Origin: Oscillospiraceae bacterium
Lineage (GTDB): Bacteria > Bacillota > Clostridia > Oscillospirales > CAG-272
NCBI GenBank assembly: GCA_015065455.1
Contig: SVQI01000004.1
Span: forward strand, 12,593 to 76,592
Reading direction: 5' to 3'
Length of the DNA: 64,000 nucleotides
Made by a program: the position numbers and the translations under genes. Under the pieces are notes generated by a model that was not told the DNA's origin, searched no databases, and saw only the letters and a program-made list of their open reading frames with translations. Below are positions 18,950 through 29,018 of the stretch, piece after piece (position 1 is the first letter of the stretch; each line of letters opens with the position of its first letter).

Positions 18950-19031
18950 AAAACAACGCTTAATAACAGTTAAGCGTTGTTTTTTTGCTTACAAAAAAAT
19001 CCTATGCATAGTTATCTATGCATAGGATTTT
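18950..19031. terminator. Two hairpins terminating convergent genes
   Basis: AAACAACGCTTAA/TTAAGCGTTGTTT and AAAATCCTATGCATA/TATGCATAGGATTTT. Confidence 0.8.
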
Positions 19032-19044
19032 AAAAATACAGTAA

Positions 19045-20145
19045 TTAGATGTTGTCAGCAATATTGCCGAAATAGTCGGAGAAGTTCATGCCGAAGCCTT
19101 CTGCGCAACCCTTCATTTCTTTAACAGTGTTAATGTTAATAGCGATACCGTTAGCCAATCTGTCTTCCATAGCGATAATTTCTTTTTCGCCATGTGTATA
19201 GATTCTGTCACATCCGTCAGCCTTGGGAGCGTTACGCAAATCCTGAAGGAATGAAGAGAAGTGAGCTTTAATAGCATCGGGATCACCGAAGAGGTTGGGA
19301 TTTATAGCAATGAAACCGTGGCAGATAAGTGCTTTTCCATCACTGTAGGTTTTGTCACTTGTGAGACCCTGAGAAAGAATAGAACTAAAAATTTCACAAA
19401 GCATACCGTAACCGTAACCCTTGTGGCTGCCTGTTTTTTCGTAAGCGCCGCCGAGGGGAAGAATACCGCCGCCCTTGTGAGCTGCAATGCAGTCAAGAAC
19501 GTGGGGAGCATTTGTATTAACCTTACCGTCAGCATCGAGACCCCAACAGTCGGGCATTTCTTTTTCGAGCTTTTTGTAAAGTTCGAGCTTACCTCTTGTA
19601 ACAACAGAAGTTGAAGCATCAAAGAAGAAGGGGTACGGATCAGCAGGCATAGCAACTGCAATAGGGTTGCTTCCGAGCATAGCTTTACGAGCGAATGTAG
19701 GAACCATTATAGCTTCTGTGTTTGTAACAGAAATACCGATAAGACCCTTGTCGCAAGCCATTTTTGCATAGTAACCTGCAATGCCGTAGTGGTTAGAGTT
19801 TTTAACAGTAACCATACCGATACCGGATTTTTCAGCTTTTTCGATAGCAAGGTTCATAGCGTCGTAGCTAACGAGTTGGCCCATGCCTTCTTTTGCATCG
19901 ATTACAGCGGAAATGGGAGTTTCAAAAACTGTTTCAGCTTTTGCGTCAGCCTTGATAAGACCTGTCTGGAGGTGCTTATAGTAGCGGAGAAGACGCTGTG
20001 TGCCGTGTGAATCTATACCGTAGAGGTCGGAGAGAAGAAGAACGTCTGTGATGATTTCACTTTGTTTTTCTTCAAAACCGAATTTACAGAAGATGTCTAC
20101 ACAAAATTTTTTAAGATTTTCATAGGAAAATTTCAAATCTGCCAT
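19045..20145 (-). CDS. Ldh_2 family (malate/L-lactate/ureidoglycolate) dehydrogenase
   Basis: GIDSHG, NSNHYG, GSNPIA, GSHKGYG motifs. Confidence 0.9.
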   Translation of the reverse strand: MADLKFSYENLKKFCVDIFCKFGFEEKQSEIITDVLLLSDLYGIDSHGTQRLLRYYKHLQTGLIKADAKAETVFETPISAVIDAKEGMGQLVSYDAMNLAIEKAEKSGIGMVTVKNSNHYGIAGYYAKMACDKGLIGISVTNTEAIMVPTFARKAMLGSNPIAVAMPADPYPFFFDASTSVVTRGKLELYKKLEKEMPDCWGLDADGKVNTNAPHVLDCIAAHKGGGILPLGGAYEKTGSHKGYGYGMLCEIFSSILSQGLTSDKTYSDGKALICHGFIAINPNLFGDPDAIKAHFSSFLQDLRNAPKADGCDRIYTHGEKEIIAMEDRLANGIAININTVKEMKGCAEGFGMNFSDYFGNIADNI

Positions 20146-20179
20146 TGTTAAAATTCCTTTCAAAATTGAGAATAGAATT

Positions 20180-20225
20180 ATTGGTAAAAAGAAACAAGTT
20201 CAATTGGTAAAAAGAAACAAGTTCA
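20180..20225. repeat. Perfect 23-bp tandem duplication
   Basis: ATTGGTAAAAAGAAACAAGTTCA x2. Confidence 0.95.
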
Positions 20226-20404
20226 ATTTAAACCACTTAATATTATATCATAGAGAAAATGATAATTCAATATATAAATAGTATTTTTAGAAAATAATGT
20301 AAAAATATATACAAATAAACGTAAAAAAAAGAGGCAATATCTTGTTGACAGAGGAGTGATGAATAAAGTATAATTAAAAAAGTAAGTTAAACGGGGGTAA
20401 AAAG

Positions 20405-21613
20405 ATGAGAGCGTACGAAAGACTTATAAAATATACGGAGTTTGAAACGGGTTCTGATGAAAACAATTTAAATTGCCCATCATCTCCTGAACAGTTGAAG
20501 CTTGCCGAATACCTTGTATCCGAGTTAAAGGGGATGGGTATAGATAATGCGACCGTTGACGAAAATTCGTATGTATATGCGAAGATACCTGCAAATTCAG
20601 AAACGATTACGGGAAAAACAATAGGTTTTATAGCTCATCTTGATACAATAAGTGACGTTGAATTCAGAAACGTTAGACCTAAAGTTATTGAAAATTACGA
20701 CGGAAATGAAATAGTACTTAATGAAGAAAATAAAGTTATAATGCCGCCTCTTGAAAAATACAAGGGATGCAGTCTTGTTGTAACTGACGGAATGACAATC
20801 CTCGGAGCAGACAATAAGGCGGGAATTGCCGAGATAATGACTATGGCAGAACGATTGATGAACGATCCGACGATTCTTCACGGAGAGGTGTGTATAGGTT
20901 TTACGCCTGACGAAGAAATAAACAGAGGGGCAGAGCGTTTTGATATAGTAAAGTTTGGCGCTGACTATGCTTATACTCTTGACGGAGGAGATTTTGGTCA
21001 GGTAGAATATGAGACTTTTAACGCTGTAAATGCGAAAGTGACAATAAAAGGAAAATCTGTGCATACGGGAACGGCAAAGCAGGGCGGAATGAAAAATGCA
21101 AATAATATAGCTATGGAGTTTGATTCAATGCTGCCTGAAAACGAGCGCCCGGAATACACAGAAGGCCACGAAGGATTTTATCATTTGATGGACGTAACGT
21201 CGGATGTTGAGAAGGCAGAAATGAGATATCTTCTCCGTGATTTTGACAGTACAAAAATTAAGATAAAGAGAGCTATGCTTGAGAAGGTTGCCGAATTTCT
21301 CAATACGAAGTACGGCAACGGTACAGTAAAAGTAGAATTATTTGACAGATATCAGAATATGGCAGAGATGATACTTCCTCACATGCATTTGATAGAAAAC
21401 GCAAAGGAAGCAGTAAAAAATGCGGGTGGAGAGGTTGAAGTTTGCGCTATAAGAGGCGGAACCGACGGAGCGCAGCTGTCTTTTATGGGACTTCCTTGTC
21501 CCAATTTGGGAACAGGTTCGGGAAACCACCACGGAAGACACGAGTATGCGGTTGTTGAAGATATGGATAAGGCTGTAGAAATGATTATAAATATTGTAAA
21601 GGCATACCGATAA
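20405..21613 (+). CDS. pepT: Peptidase T
   Basis: AHLDT, LGADNKAG, FTPDEE, IRGGTDG. Confidence 0.93.
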   Translation: MRAYERLIKYTEFETGSDENNLNCPSSPEQLKLAEYLVSELKGMGIDNATVDENSYVYAKIPANSETITGKTIGFIAHLDTISDVEFRNVRPKVIENYDGNEIVLNEENKVIMPPLEKYKGCSLVVTDGMTILGADNKAGIAEIMTMAERLMNDPTILHGEVCIGFTPDEEINRGAERFDIVKFGADYAYTLDGGDFGQVEYETFNAVNAKVTIKGKSVHTGTAKQGGMKNANNIAMEFDSMLPENERPEYTEGHEGFYHLMDVTSDVEKAEMRYLLRDFDSTKIKIKRAMLEKVAEFLNTKYGNGTVKVELFDRYQNMAEMILPHMHLIENAKEAVKNAGGEVEVCAIRGGTDGAQLSFMGLPCPNLGTGSGNHHGRHEYAVVEDMDKAVEMIINIVKAYR

Positions 21614-21616
21614 GAT

Positions 21617-22252
21617 ATGAGATATAAATATATTTTATGGGATTGGAACGGCACTTTGCTGGATGACCTTGACGCGTCGCTTTGCGCTGTCAACGATATG
21701 CTTAAAATGTATGATAAACCGATTATTGATCTTGAGACGTATTATTCTTATATAGATACACCGATTTACAAGTTTTATGAAAGGTTGTTTGACTTTAACG
21801 TTGTATCTATGGAGGTAATAAAACCGCTTTTTAGTGAGTTGTACATAAATCATAATGACAAGATTAATCTTGCCGACGGAGCTGTAAGAGCCATTGATTT
21901 ATTAAGGGAGAAGGGCGCTAGACAGTATATTTTATCGGCGGCGCATATTAATGATATAATGAGATATGCAAGAGAATTTGGGGTTGCTGAGTGCTTTGAA
22001 AAGATAGAGGCAGCAAACGATTATGAAGCAGGAAGCAAGACAGAACGTGCTGTCAGACTTTTGGCAGAAGAAAAAATTGACCCTGCAGAGTGTGTTGTTA
22101 TAGGCGATACTCTGCACGATTATGATACGGCAAGAGTGCTTGGCGTTGACTGTATTTTATATTCAAGAGGGCACACCGATATAGAAACATTGAAGAATAC
22201 AGGAAACGTTGTGTGCACGTCTTTTGATGAAATTATAGAGATGATAAGTTAG
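21617..22252 (+). CDS. HAD-family hydrolase
   Basis: WDWNGTLLD motif I variant, IGDTLHD motif. Confidence 0.88.
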   Translation: MRYKYILWDWNGTLLDDLDASLCAVNDMLKMYDKPIIDLETYYSYIDTPIYKFYERLFDFNVVSMEVIKPLFSELYINHNDKINLADGAVRAIDLLREKGARQYILSAAHINDIMRYAREFGVAECFEKIEAANDYEAGSKTERAVRLLAEEKIDPAECVVIGDTLHDYDTARVLGVDCILYSRGHTDIETLKNTGNVVCTSFDEIIEMIS

Positions 22253-22267
22253 AATCAAGAGGTAATT

Positions 22268-22831
22268 ATGGACGTTATAGCAATTTTAGGAACAGCGATA
22301 GGGCTGTCGATGGACGCATTTGCAGTCGCGATTTGTAAGGGTCTTTCGCTCGAAAAGGGATTTAAGGTAAGACATGCGGTAAAAATAGGCATTTATTTCG
22401 GTTTGTTTCAGGCATTGATGCCTCTTATCGGATTTTTTCTTGGAAGTATGTTCAGGCAATATATAGAAGCGGTAGACCATTGGGTTGCGTTTATTCTTTT
22501 GTGTTTGATTGGCGCTAATATGCTTAAGGAAGCATTTGGTAAAGAGGAAGAGTGCGTTGACGCAGCACTTGATTTTAAGACGATGATAGTTCTTGCGATA
22601 GCGACGAGTATTGACGCTATGGCTGCAGGCGTGGCTTTTTCTATGGAGAACGTAGAGATCTTTTCGACAGTTGCGGTAATTGGCGTAACGACGTTTTTGT
22701 TTTCATTTGTGGGAGCCAAGATAGGAAATGTGTTCGGTACTAAATATAAGTCGAAAGCAGAAATGGCGGGCGGAATAATTCTGATAGTTATGGCTTTTAA
22801 ATTTTTGCTCGAAGGGTTAAATATACTATAA
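22268..22831 (+). CDS. mntP: Manganese efflux pump MntP family
   Basis: GLSMDAFAV and ATSIDA repeats, multi-TM. Confidence 0.9.
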   Translation: MDVIAILGTAIGLSMDAFAVAICKGLSLEKGFKVRHAVKIGIYFGLFQALMPLIGFFLGSMFRQYIEAVDHWVAFILLCLIGANMLKEAFGKEEECVDAALDFKTMIVLAIATSIDAMAAGVAFSMENVEIFSTVAVIGVTTFLFSFVGAKIGNVFGTKYKSKAEMAGGIILIVMAFKFLLEGLNIL

Positions 22832-22966
22832 AAATGATTAGCGGATATTGTTGTGAATTGAAGACAATATCCGTTTTTATTTGCGGTTGTTTTATTGACT
22901 TTTGGATTAATGTGTTGTAAAATGATTATAACTATATATATTTTTAAAAGGCAATGGAGGAATAAT

Positions 22967-24232
22967 ATGAGAATACTTGTTGTAGGGGGCGGCGGAAGAG
23001 AACACGCCATAGTAAAAAAATTATCTGAAAGTAAGTATGCGCCTGAATTGTTCTGTGCTCCGGGTAATGGAGGAATTGCTTCTATAGCTACATGTTTGCC
23101 CGTTAAGGCGACAGATGTTCAGGGTATTGTAAATATTGCAGAAGAATATAATATTGATTTGGTATTTGTTGCACCTGACGATCCGCTTATGTTGGGCACT
23201 GTTGACGCACTTGAAGCAAAGGGGATAAGAGCGTTTGGTCCTCATCAGTGTGCGGCAATAATAGAGGGAAGTAAGGTTTTCTCCAAGGAATTGATGAAAA
23301 AATACGGAATTCCGACAGCGGCTTACGAAGTATTCTACGAAGCTGACAAGGCTCTTGAATATATAGAGGCTCAGAATGATTATCCGACGGTAATTAAGGC
23401 TGACGGACTTGCTCTCGGAAAGGGCGTAATTATAGCGGAAAACTATGCAGAAGCTGAGGATGCTGTAAAGAGCATTATGTGCGACAAGGTTTTCGGTGAA
23501 TCGGGAAGCAGAGTTGTAATTGAAGAATTTTTGACAGGTCCCGAGGTATCCGTACTTGCATTTACAGACGGAAAGACAGTTGTTCCGATGGTGTCGGCTC
23601 AGGACCACAAGAGAGCGCTTGACAACGACAAGGGACTTAATACGGGCGGTATGGGTGCATTTTCTCCCAGCAGAAATTATACGGAAGAAGTGGCAGAAGA
23701 ATGCTACAGAACGATATTCAAGCCTACGATTGAAGCTATGAACAAAGAGGGAAGGACGTTTAAGGGCGTTATATATTTCGGTCTTATGCTGACTCCCAAG
23801 GGGCCTAAGGTTATTGAATACAATGCAAGATTCGGAGACCCCGAAACACAGGCGGTACTCCCCAGACTTAAGACAGACTTTGTTGATATAATTAACGCTG
23901 TAATAGATGAAAAGCTTGACGAGATAAATATTGAATGGTCAAACGAGGCTGCAGTGTGCATCGTTTTGGCATCGGGCGGATATCCTTCAAAGTACGAGCC
24001 GGGCAAGGAGATATTCGGTCTTGACAGTGAAGTATTCAAGAACGGTGAGGCTTTTGTATACCATGCAGGAACAAAATGCGAAGACGGTAAGATATATACT
24101 GCAGGCGGCAGAGTTTTAGGTGTTACGTCAACTGGTAAGACTCTTGATGATGCTATTTCAAAGTCTTACAGTGCGCTTGAAAATATCAAGTTTGAAAAGA
24201 TGCATTACAGACACGATATCGGTATAAAATGA
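22967..24232 (+). CDS. purD: Phosphoribosylamine--glycine ligase
   Basis: GGGGREHA, KADGLALGKGV, NTGGMG, RFGDPE; GGAGG RBS. Confidence 0.96.
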   Translation: MRILVVGGGGREHAIVKKLSESKYAPELFCAPGNGGIASIATCLPVKATDVQGIVNIAEEYNIDLVFVAPDDPLMLGTVDALEAKGIRAFGPHQCAAIIEGSKVFSKELMKKYGIPTAAYEVFYEADKALEYIEAQNDYPTVIKADGLALGKGVIIAENYAEAEDAVKSIMCDKVFGESGSRVVIEEFLTGPEVSVLAFTDGKTVVPMVSAQDHKRALDNDKGLNTGGMGAFSPSRNYTEEVAEECYRTIFKPTIEAMNKEGRTFKGVIYFGLMLTPKGPKVIEYNARFGDPETQAVLPRLKTDFVDIINAVIDEKLDEINIEWSNEAAVCIVLASGGYPSKYEPGKEIFGLDSEVFKNGEAFVYHAGTKCEDGKIYTAGGRVLGVTSTGKTLDDAISKSYSALENIKFEKMHYRHDIGIK

Positions 24233-25470
24233 GCTTTGACAAGACAAAGGTGTGTGTGATCGGTGGCGGTGCGGCAGGGCTTATGTGTGCCGGAAAGGCG
24301 GCAGAGCTTGGCTGCGAAGTTACCCTTTACGAAAAGAAGAATGCGGTTGGCAGAAAGCTTGCCATTACAGGCAAGGGAAGATGCAACGTAACTAACAACT
24401 GCGACAGAAATACTTTTATAGAAAACGTGCCGACCAACCCACGTTTTCTTTATGCCGCTTATTCAAATTTCACTTCAGAAGATACGATGGAGTTTTTTAA
24501 AAATCTTGGTGTAAAGCTCAAGACGGAAAGGGGAAACAGAGTTTTTCCCGTAAGCGACAGAGCTTTTGACATAGTTGACGCTTTACGCGATTTTTGCAAG
24601 AATAACGGCGTTAGGATCGTATATGAAAAGGTCGATGGACTGATAGTTGAAAATGAATGCATAAAGGGCGTTACAGTAAACGGAAGACCTGTGTATTACG
24701 ATAAGGTTGCAGTGTGTACGGGAGGGGTGTCGTATCCCCAAACGGGCTCTGATGGAGATGGATTTTTGTTTGCTGAGAAGTTGGGAATAAAGGTTATAGA
24801 ACCGAAGCCCTCGCTCGTGCCGTTGGAAACTAAAGAAAAGTGGCCGAGAGAGCTTATGGGATTATCTTTAAAGAACGTCAGAATGACTGTGTTTGATAAG
24901 ATAAAACAGACCGATGTGTTTTCTGATTTTGGGGAAATGATGTTTACGCATTTTGGAATATCGGGGCCCATGGTTCTCAGTGCATCGTGTCATATGAAGC
25001 CGATGCAAAAGGACAGATATGCTGTAAAAATAGATCTGAAGCCTGCGCTGGATGAAAAGACTCTCGACAACAGACTTTTATCCGATTTTGAGAAGAATAA
25101 GAATAAGAATTATGCTAATTCACTTTCAGCGCTTTTGCCTCAGAAACTTATACCCGTGTTTGTGAAAATGACGGGAGTTGCCGAGGATAAAAAGGTTAAC
25201 ACCATAACCCGTTTGGAAAGACAGAATATACTCAAGACTTTAAAAAGTCTTGAATGTACGGTGAGTGGTTTCAGACCTGTAGAAGAGGCAATAATTACTT
25301 CGGGCGGGATTGATGTTAAGGAGATCGACCCGAAGACGATGATGTCTAAAAAAATCAGTAATCTGTACTTTGCAGGTGAGGTTATAGACGTTGACGCTTA
25401 TACCGGCGGATTTAATTTGCAGATAGCTTTTTCGACTGCAAATCTTGCTGCTATTGATATGGCATACTGA
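24229..25470 (+). CDS. NAD(P)/FAD-dependent oxidoreductase, HI0933/BaiN family
   Basis: GGGAAG, TGKGRCNVTN, TGGFNLQ. Confidence 0.92.
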   Translation: MSFDKTKVCVIGGGAAGLMCAGKAAELGCEVTLYEKKNAVGRKLAITGKGRCNVTNNCDRNTFIENVPTNPRFLYAAYSNFTSEDTMEFFKNLGVKLKTERGNRVFPVSDRAFDIVDALRDFCKNNGVRIVYEKVDGLIVENECIKGVTVNGRPVYYDKVAVCTGGVSYPQTGSDGDGFLFAEKLGIKVIEPKPSLVPLETKEKWPRELMGLSLKNVRMTVFDKIKQTDVFSDFGEMMFTHFGISGPMVLSASCHMKPMQKDRYAVKIDLKPALDEKTLDNRLLSDFEKNKNKNYANSLSALLPQKLIPVFVKMTGVAEDKKVNTITRLERQNILKTLKSLECTVSGFRPVEEAIITSGGIDVKEIDPKTMMSKKISNLYFAGEVIDVDAYTGGFNLQIAFSTANLAAIDMAY

Positions 25471-25526
25471 TATTTACAGAAAATATTGTGTAAAAATAAT
25501 AATACGGGGAGAAAAAACAGAAGAAA

Positions 25527-26192
25527 ATGTTTAAAATAGCGTTAGACGGGCCGTCAGGGTCGGGAAAAAGCGTAATGGCGCGCGCGGTTGCCGAAAGGCT
25601 TGATTTTTTGTACGTTGATACCGGAGCTCTTTACAGAGCGATTGGGTTATATATGTTCCGTAACGGAATAGATATAAACGACGCTGAAGCGGTTTCGTCA
25701 AATTTAAGTAATATAAAGCTTGAACTCAGCCATTCTGAAGAAGGTCAGGTGGTTTTGCTCAACGGTGAGAACGTAAATAAGGATATAAGACTTCCCGAGA
25801 TATCTATGTACGCATCAAAGGTATCTGCAATTCCTTCAGTAAGAGATTTTTTGCTTAACATACAAAGGGAGACAGCGAAAAAAAATAACGTTATTATGGA
25901 TGGCAGAGATATAGGTACGGTTATATTTCCCGATGCTCAGGTTAAGATCTTTTTGTTTGCAAAAGACGAAGTCAGAGCTATGAGAAGATATAAAGAGCTT
26001 GTTGCAAAAGGAATAGAGACGACGTACGAAGAGGTTTTGTCCGATATGCAAAAGAGGGATGAAAACGACAGAACAAGGGCTATAGCCCCTGCAGTTCCTG
26101 CCGAGGATGCTATTATGTTGGATAGTTCTGATTTGAATATCGAAGAAACTATTTCTACGATAATCGGAATTATAGACAAGAAATTAAAATAA
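25527..26192 (+). CDS. cmk: Cytidylate kinase
   Basis: [23 protein letters not shown]. Confidence 0.96.
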   Translation: MFKIALDGPSGSGKSVMARAVAERLDFLYVDTGALYRAIGLYMFRNGIDINDAEAVSSNLSNIKLELSHSEEGQVVLLNGENVNKDIRLPEISMYASKVSAIPSVRDFLLNIQRETAKKNNVIMDGRDIGTVIFPDAQVKIFLFAKDEVRAMRRYKELVAKGIETTYEEVLSDMQKRDENDRTRAIAPAVPAEDAIMLDSSDLNIEETISTIIGIIDKKLK

Positions 26193-26217
26193 AATTTATT
26201 GAGAGAGAAATACAAGA

Positions 26218-26841
26218 ATGAAATTGTATGCATTTTTAAAAAAATTGGTACAAGGGTTTATTAAATTTCTTTTCAGAATAGAAGTGCAAGGCGAAGAGAA
26301 TATTCCAAAAGAGGGCGCAGTGCTTGTGTGCCCGAACCATATATCCAACTGGGACCCGATAGTTCTTGGCGTTGTGTTTGACAGACAGATAAGATTTATG
26401 GCAAAGGCATCGCTTTTTAAAATACCCTTGCTCAATGCTTTGATAAGAACGTTGGGTGCGTTTCCCGTAAAAAGAGGGGCGGCAGATCCTTCTGCAATAA
26501 AGACAGCAATAAAGCTGTTGGGAGAAGGGGACGCTGTTGGTATGTTTCCTCAGGGAACTCGTTATATCGGAACAGAACCCGGTAATACCGAGGTGAAATC
26601 GGGCGTCGGAATGGTAGCGCATCGAGCAAATGTGGATGTTTTACCTGTACAGATAAAAACTAAGAATTATAGGATTTTACCGTTTCGCAAGGTGTATATA
26701 AAAATCGGTGATTGCATACCTAATTCTGAATTGGGAATTGAAAACGGCACCCGTGATGAGTACACGAATGCGTCACGTTATATTTTCGGCAAGATTCTTG
26801 ACTTGGCAACAGAGAATAGTGAAGAGGAAACTTTAAAATGA
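26218..26841 (+). CDS. plsC: 1-acyl-sn-glycerol-3-phosphate acyltransferase
   Basis: NHISNWD (HX4D), FPQGTR. Confidence 0.9.
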   Translation: MKLYAFLKKLVQGFIKFLFRIEVQGEENIPKEGAVLVCPNHISNWDPIVLGVVFDRQIRFMAKASLFKIPLLNALIRTLGAFPVKRGAADPSAIKTAIKLLGEGDAVGMFPQGTRYIGTEPGNTEVKSGVGMVAHRANVDVLPVQIKTKNYRILPFRKVYIKIGDCIPNSELGIENGTRDEYTNASRYIFGKILDLATENSEEETLK

Positions 26842-28907
26842 TTATAGAGGTTGCGAAAAATGCGGGATTTTGCTTTGGTGTAGACAGAGCGGTGGATTCC
26901 GTGTACAGACTTATAGATGAAAATCCTAAAAGAAATATATATACTTTAGGGAATTTGATTCATAATCCGACGATATGTGAGGATCTTGAAGAAAAGAACG
27001 TAAGGGTTATTTCTGAAGACGATTTAGATAAAGTTTTTGCTGAATGTAACGAGGATAATCCTTGCACGGTGGTAGTAAGAGCGCACGGCGTTACGAAAGA
27101 TGTATACGAAAAATTAGAAGATTTTTCGAATAGAAACAGTAATTTTAATATGCTTGACTGCGCTTGTCCTTATGTGAAGAAGATACATAAGATAGTAAAG
27201 GATAATGCCGGGGAAGATACGTTGCTTTACGTGTACGGAGATCCAAATCATCCCGAGGTAAAAGGGATAGTAAGCTTTGCTAAGGGAGAAGTAGTTGTAT
27301 TTTCAAACGTAGCCGAGCTCGAAAAACAGCTTGCAAGTGATAAAAATGCACAAAAAAAGGTAATTGTAGTGTCTCAGACAACACAAAATCTAACAGAATG
27401 GAAAAAAACACAAAAAATTCTTGAAAAAGTATATACAAATTCATATATTTTTGATACAATATGTTCTGTTACCGAAAATCGACAGATTGAAACTGAATTA
27501 TTGGCGCAAAAAGTTGATTTTATGGTGATAATAGGGGGCAGAAACAGCTCCAATACAAACAAGCTTTTTGATACTGCGAGAAAATATCAACCAAATACTG
27601 TATTGGTTGAAAATGCGACGGAGCTTCGACTTGACTTGTTTAGAAATAATATGAAAGTGGGTATATCTGCAGGGGCATCGACTCCGGGCAGTATCATAGA
27701 GGAGGTAAAAAACAAAATGAGCGAAAACACAATGAACAACATCGAAAAGGATTTGACTCAGCAGTCCTTTGAAATAAACGATGAAAACAGCTTTGCTGCA
27801 ATGCTTGAGGAATCTTTCAAAACTTTAAATACAGGTGAGATAGTAAAGGGTACCGTACTTGCGGTAAACTCTAACGAGGTTCAGGTAGACCTTGGTGCAA
27901 AGGTTACCGGTATCGTTCCTTACAGCGAGGTTTCCGAAAACCCGTCTGTTAAGCTTGAAGAAGAATTCAAGGTTGGCGATGAAATTGAAGTAATGGTTAC
28001 AAGAGTAAGTGACATTGACGGTGTTGCATCACTTTCAAAGAAGAGAGTAGACGCTATTACAAACTGGAAGAATGTTGTTGAAAGCTTTAACGAAGGCAAG
28101 ATTCTTACAGGTAAGGTTACTGAGATTGTAAGAGGCGGAGTTATCGTAGTTGCAGAAGGACAGAAGCTTTTTGTTCCCGCATCACATTCCGGACTTGCAA
28201 AGGACGCTGATCTTTCAGTACTTAAGGGTACAGAACAGAGAGTAAAAATTATCGATATTAACGAACAGAGAAGAAGAGCTGTTGCATCTATCCGTATAGT
28301 TGCAAGAGAAGAAAAGAAAGCTGCAGAAGAAGCATTCTGGGCAAGTATTGAAAAAGACAAGAAATATGACGGTGTTGTTAAGTCAATTACAAATTACGGC
28401 GTATTTGTTGACCTCGGCGGTGTAGACGGAATGATCCACAGCACAGAACTTGCATGGACACATTTCAAGCATCCTTCCGAGATCGTATCCATCGGCGAAA
28501 AGCTTACAGTATACGTTAAGGATTTTGATGCTGAAGCAAAGAGAATTTCTCTCGGATACAAGACAGAGGAGAACAATCCTTGGAATATATTTGTTGAAAA
28601 GTACGCAGTTGGCGACGTTGCTACAGTTAAGGTAGTAAATATGATGCCTTTCGGTGCATTTGCAGAAGTTATTCCCGGAGTAGACGGACTTATCCACATT
28701 TCTCAGATTGCAGACAAGAAGATCAATAAGCCTGCTGACATTCTCGAGCTTGGACAGGAAGTTGATGCAAAGATTACTGATATTGATACAGAAAACCACA
28801 AGATCAGCCTTTCCATCAGAGCTCTCATCGAAGAAGCAAAGGCAGCTGAAGAGGCTATGCCTGAAGATTACATACCCGATGAAGAGAAGGAAGAAGCAGC
28901 TGAATAA
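26838..28907 (+). CDS. ispH: Bifunctional HMBPP reductase / ribosomal protein S1
   Basis: GFCFGV, RAHG, CPYV, QTT, DTIC, SSNT, AGASTP followed by four S1 repeats. Confidence 0.95.
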   Translation: MIIEVAKNAGFCFGVDRAVDSVYRLIDENPKRNIYTLGNLIHNPTICEDLEEKNVRVISEDDLDKVFAECNEDNPCTVVVRAHGVTKDVYEKLEDFSNRNSNFNMLDCACPYVKKIHKIVKDNAGEDTLLYVYGDPNHPEVKGIVSFAKGEVVVFSNVAELEKQLASDKNAQKKVIVVSQTTQNLTEWKKTQKILEKVYTNSYIFDTICSVTENRQIETELLAQKVDFMVIIGGRNSSNTNKLFDTARKYQPNTVLVENATELRLDLFRNNMKVGISAGASTPGSIIEEVKNKMSENTMNNIEKDLTQQSFEINDENSFAAMLEESFKTLNTGEIVKGTVLAVNSNEVQVDLGAKVTGIVPYSEVSENPSVKLEEEFKVGDEIEVMVTRVSDIDGVASLSKKRVDAITNWKNVVESFNEGKILTGKVTEIVRGGVIVVAEGQKLFVPASHSGLAKDADLSVLKGTEQRVKIIDINEQRRRAVASIRIVAREEKKAAEEAFWASIEKDKKYDGVVKSITNYGVFVDLGGVDGMIHSTELAWTHFKHPSEIVSIGEKLTVYVKDFDAEAKRISLGYKTEENNPWNIFVEKYAVGDVATVKVVNMMPFGAFAEVIPGVDGLIHISQIADKKINKPADILELGQEVDAKITDIDTENHKISLSIRALIEEAKAAEEAMPEDYIPDEEKEEAAE

Positions 28908-28966
28908 TCCGGATTGGATTTGAGTGAATTTTAGTTGACCCCCTAAAAAAAGAGAGGCCGACGTAC

Positions 28967-28995
28967 AAAAGAGGGGTAAATACCCCTCTTTTTTT
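28967..28995 (+). terminator. Intrinsic terminator
   Basis: AAAAGAGGGG-TAAATA-CCCCTCTTTT plus T run. Confidence 0.8.
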
Positions 28996-29018
28996 AAAAT
29001 ACTAACGAAAGACGGTAA

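Noticed and set aside
20180-20228. Repeat as a mini CRISPR array
   Set aside because: Units are adjacent with no spacer, and no cas genes are present; no CRISPR array seen anywhere in the window
22253-22267. yybP-ykoY riboswitch before mntP
   Set aside because: Only 15 bp separate it from the upstream gene, so there is no room
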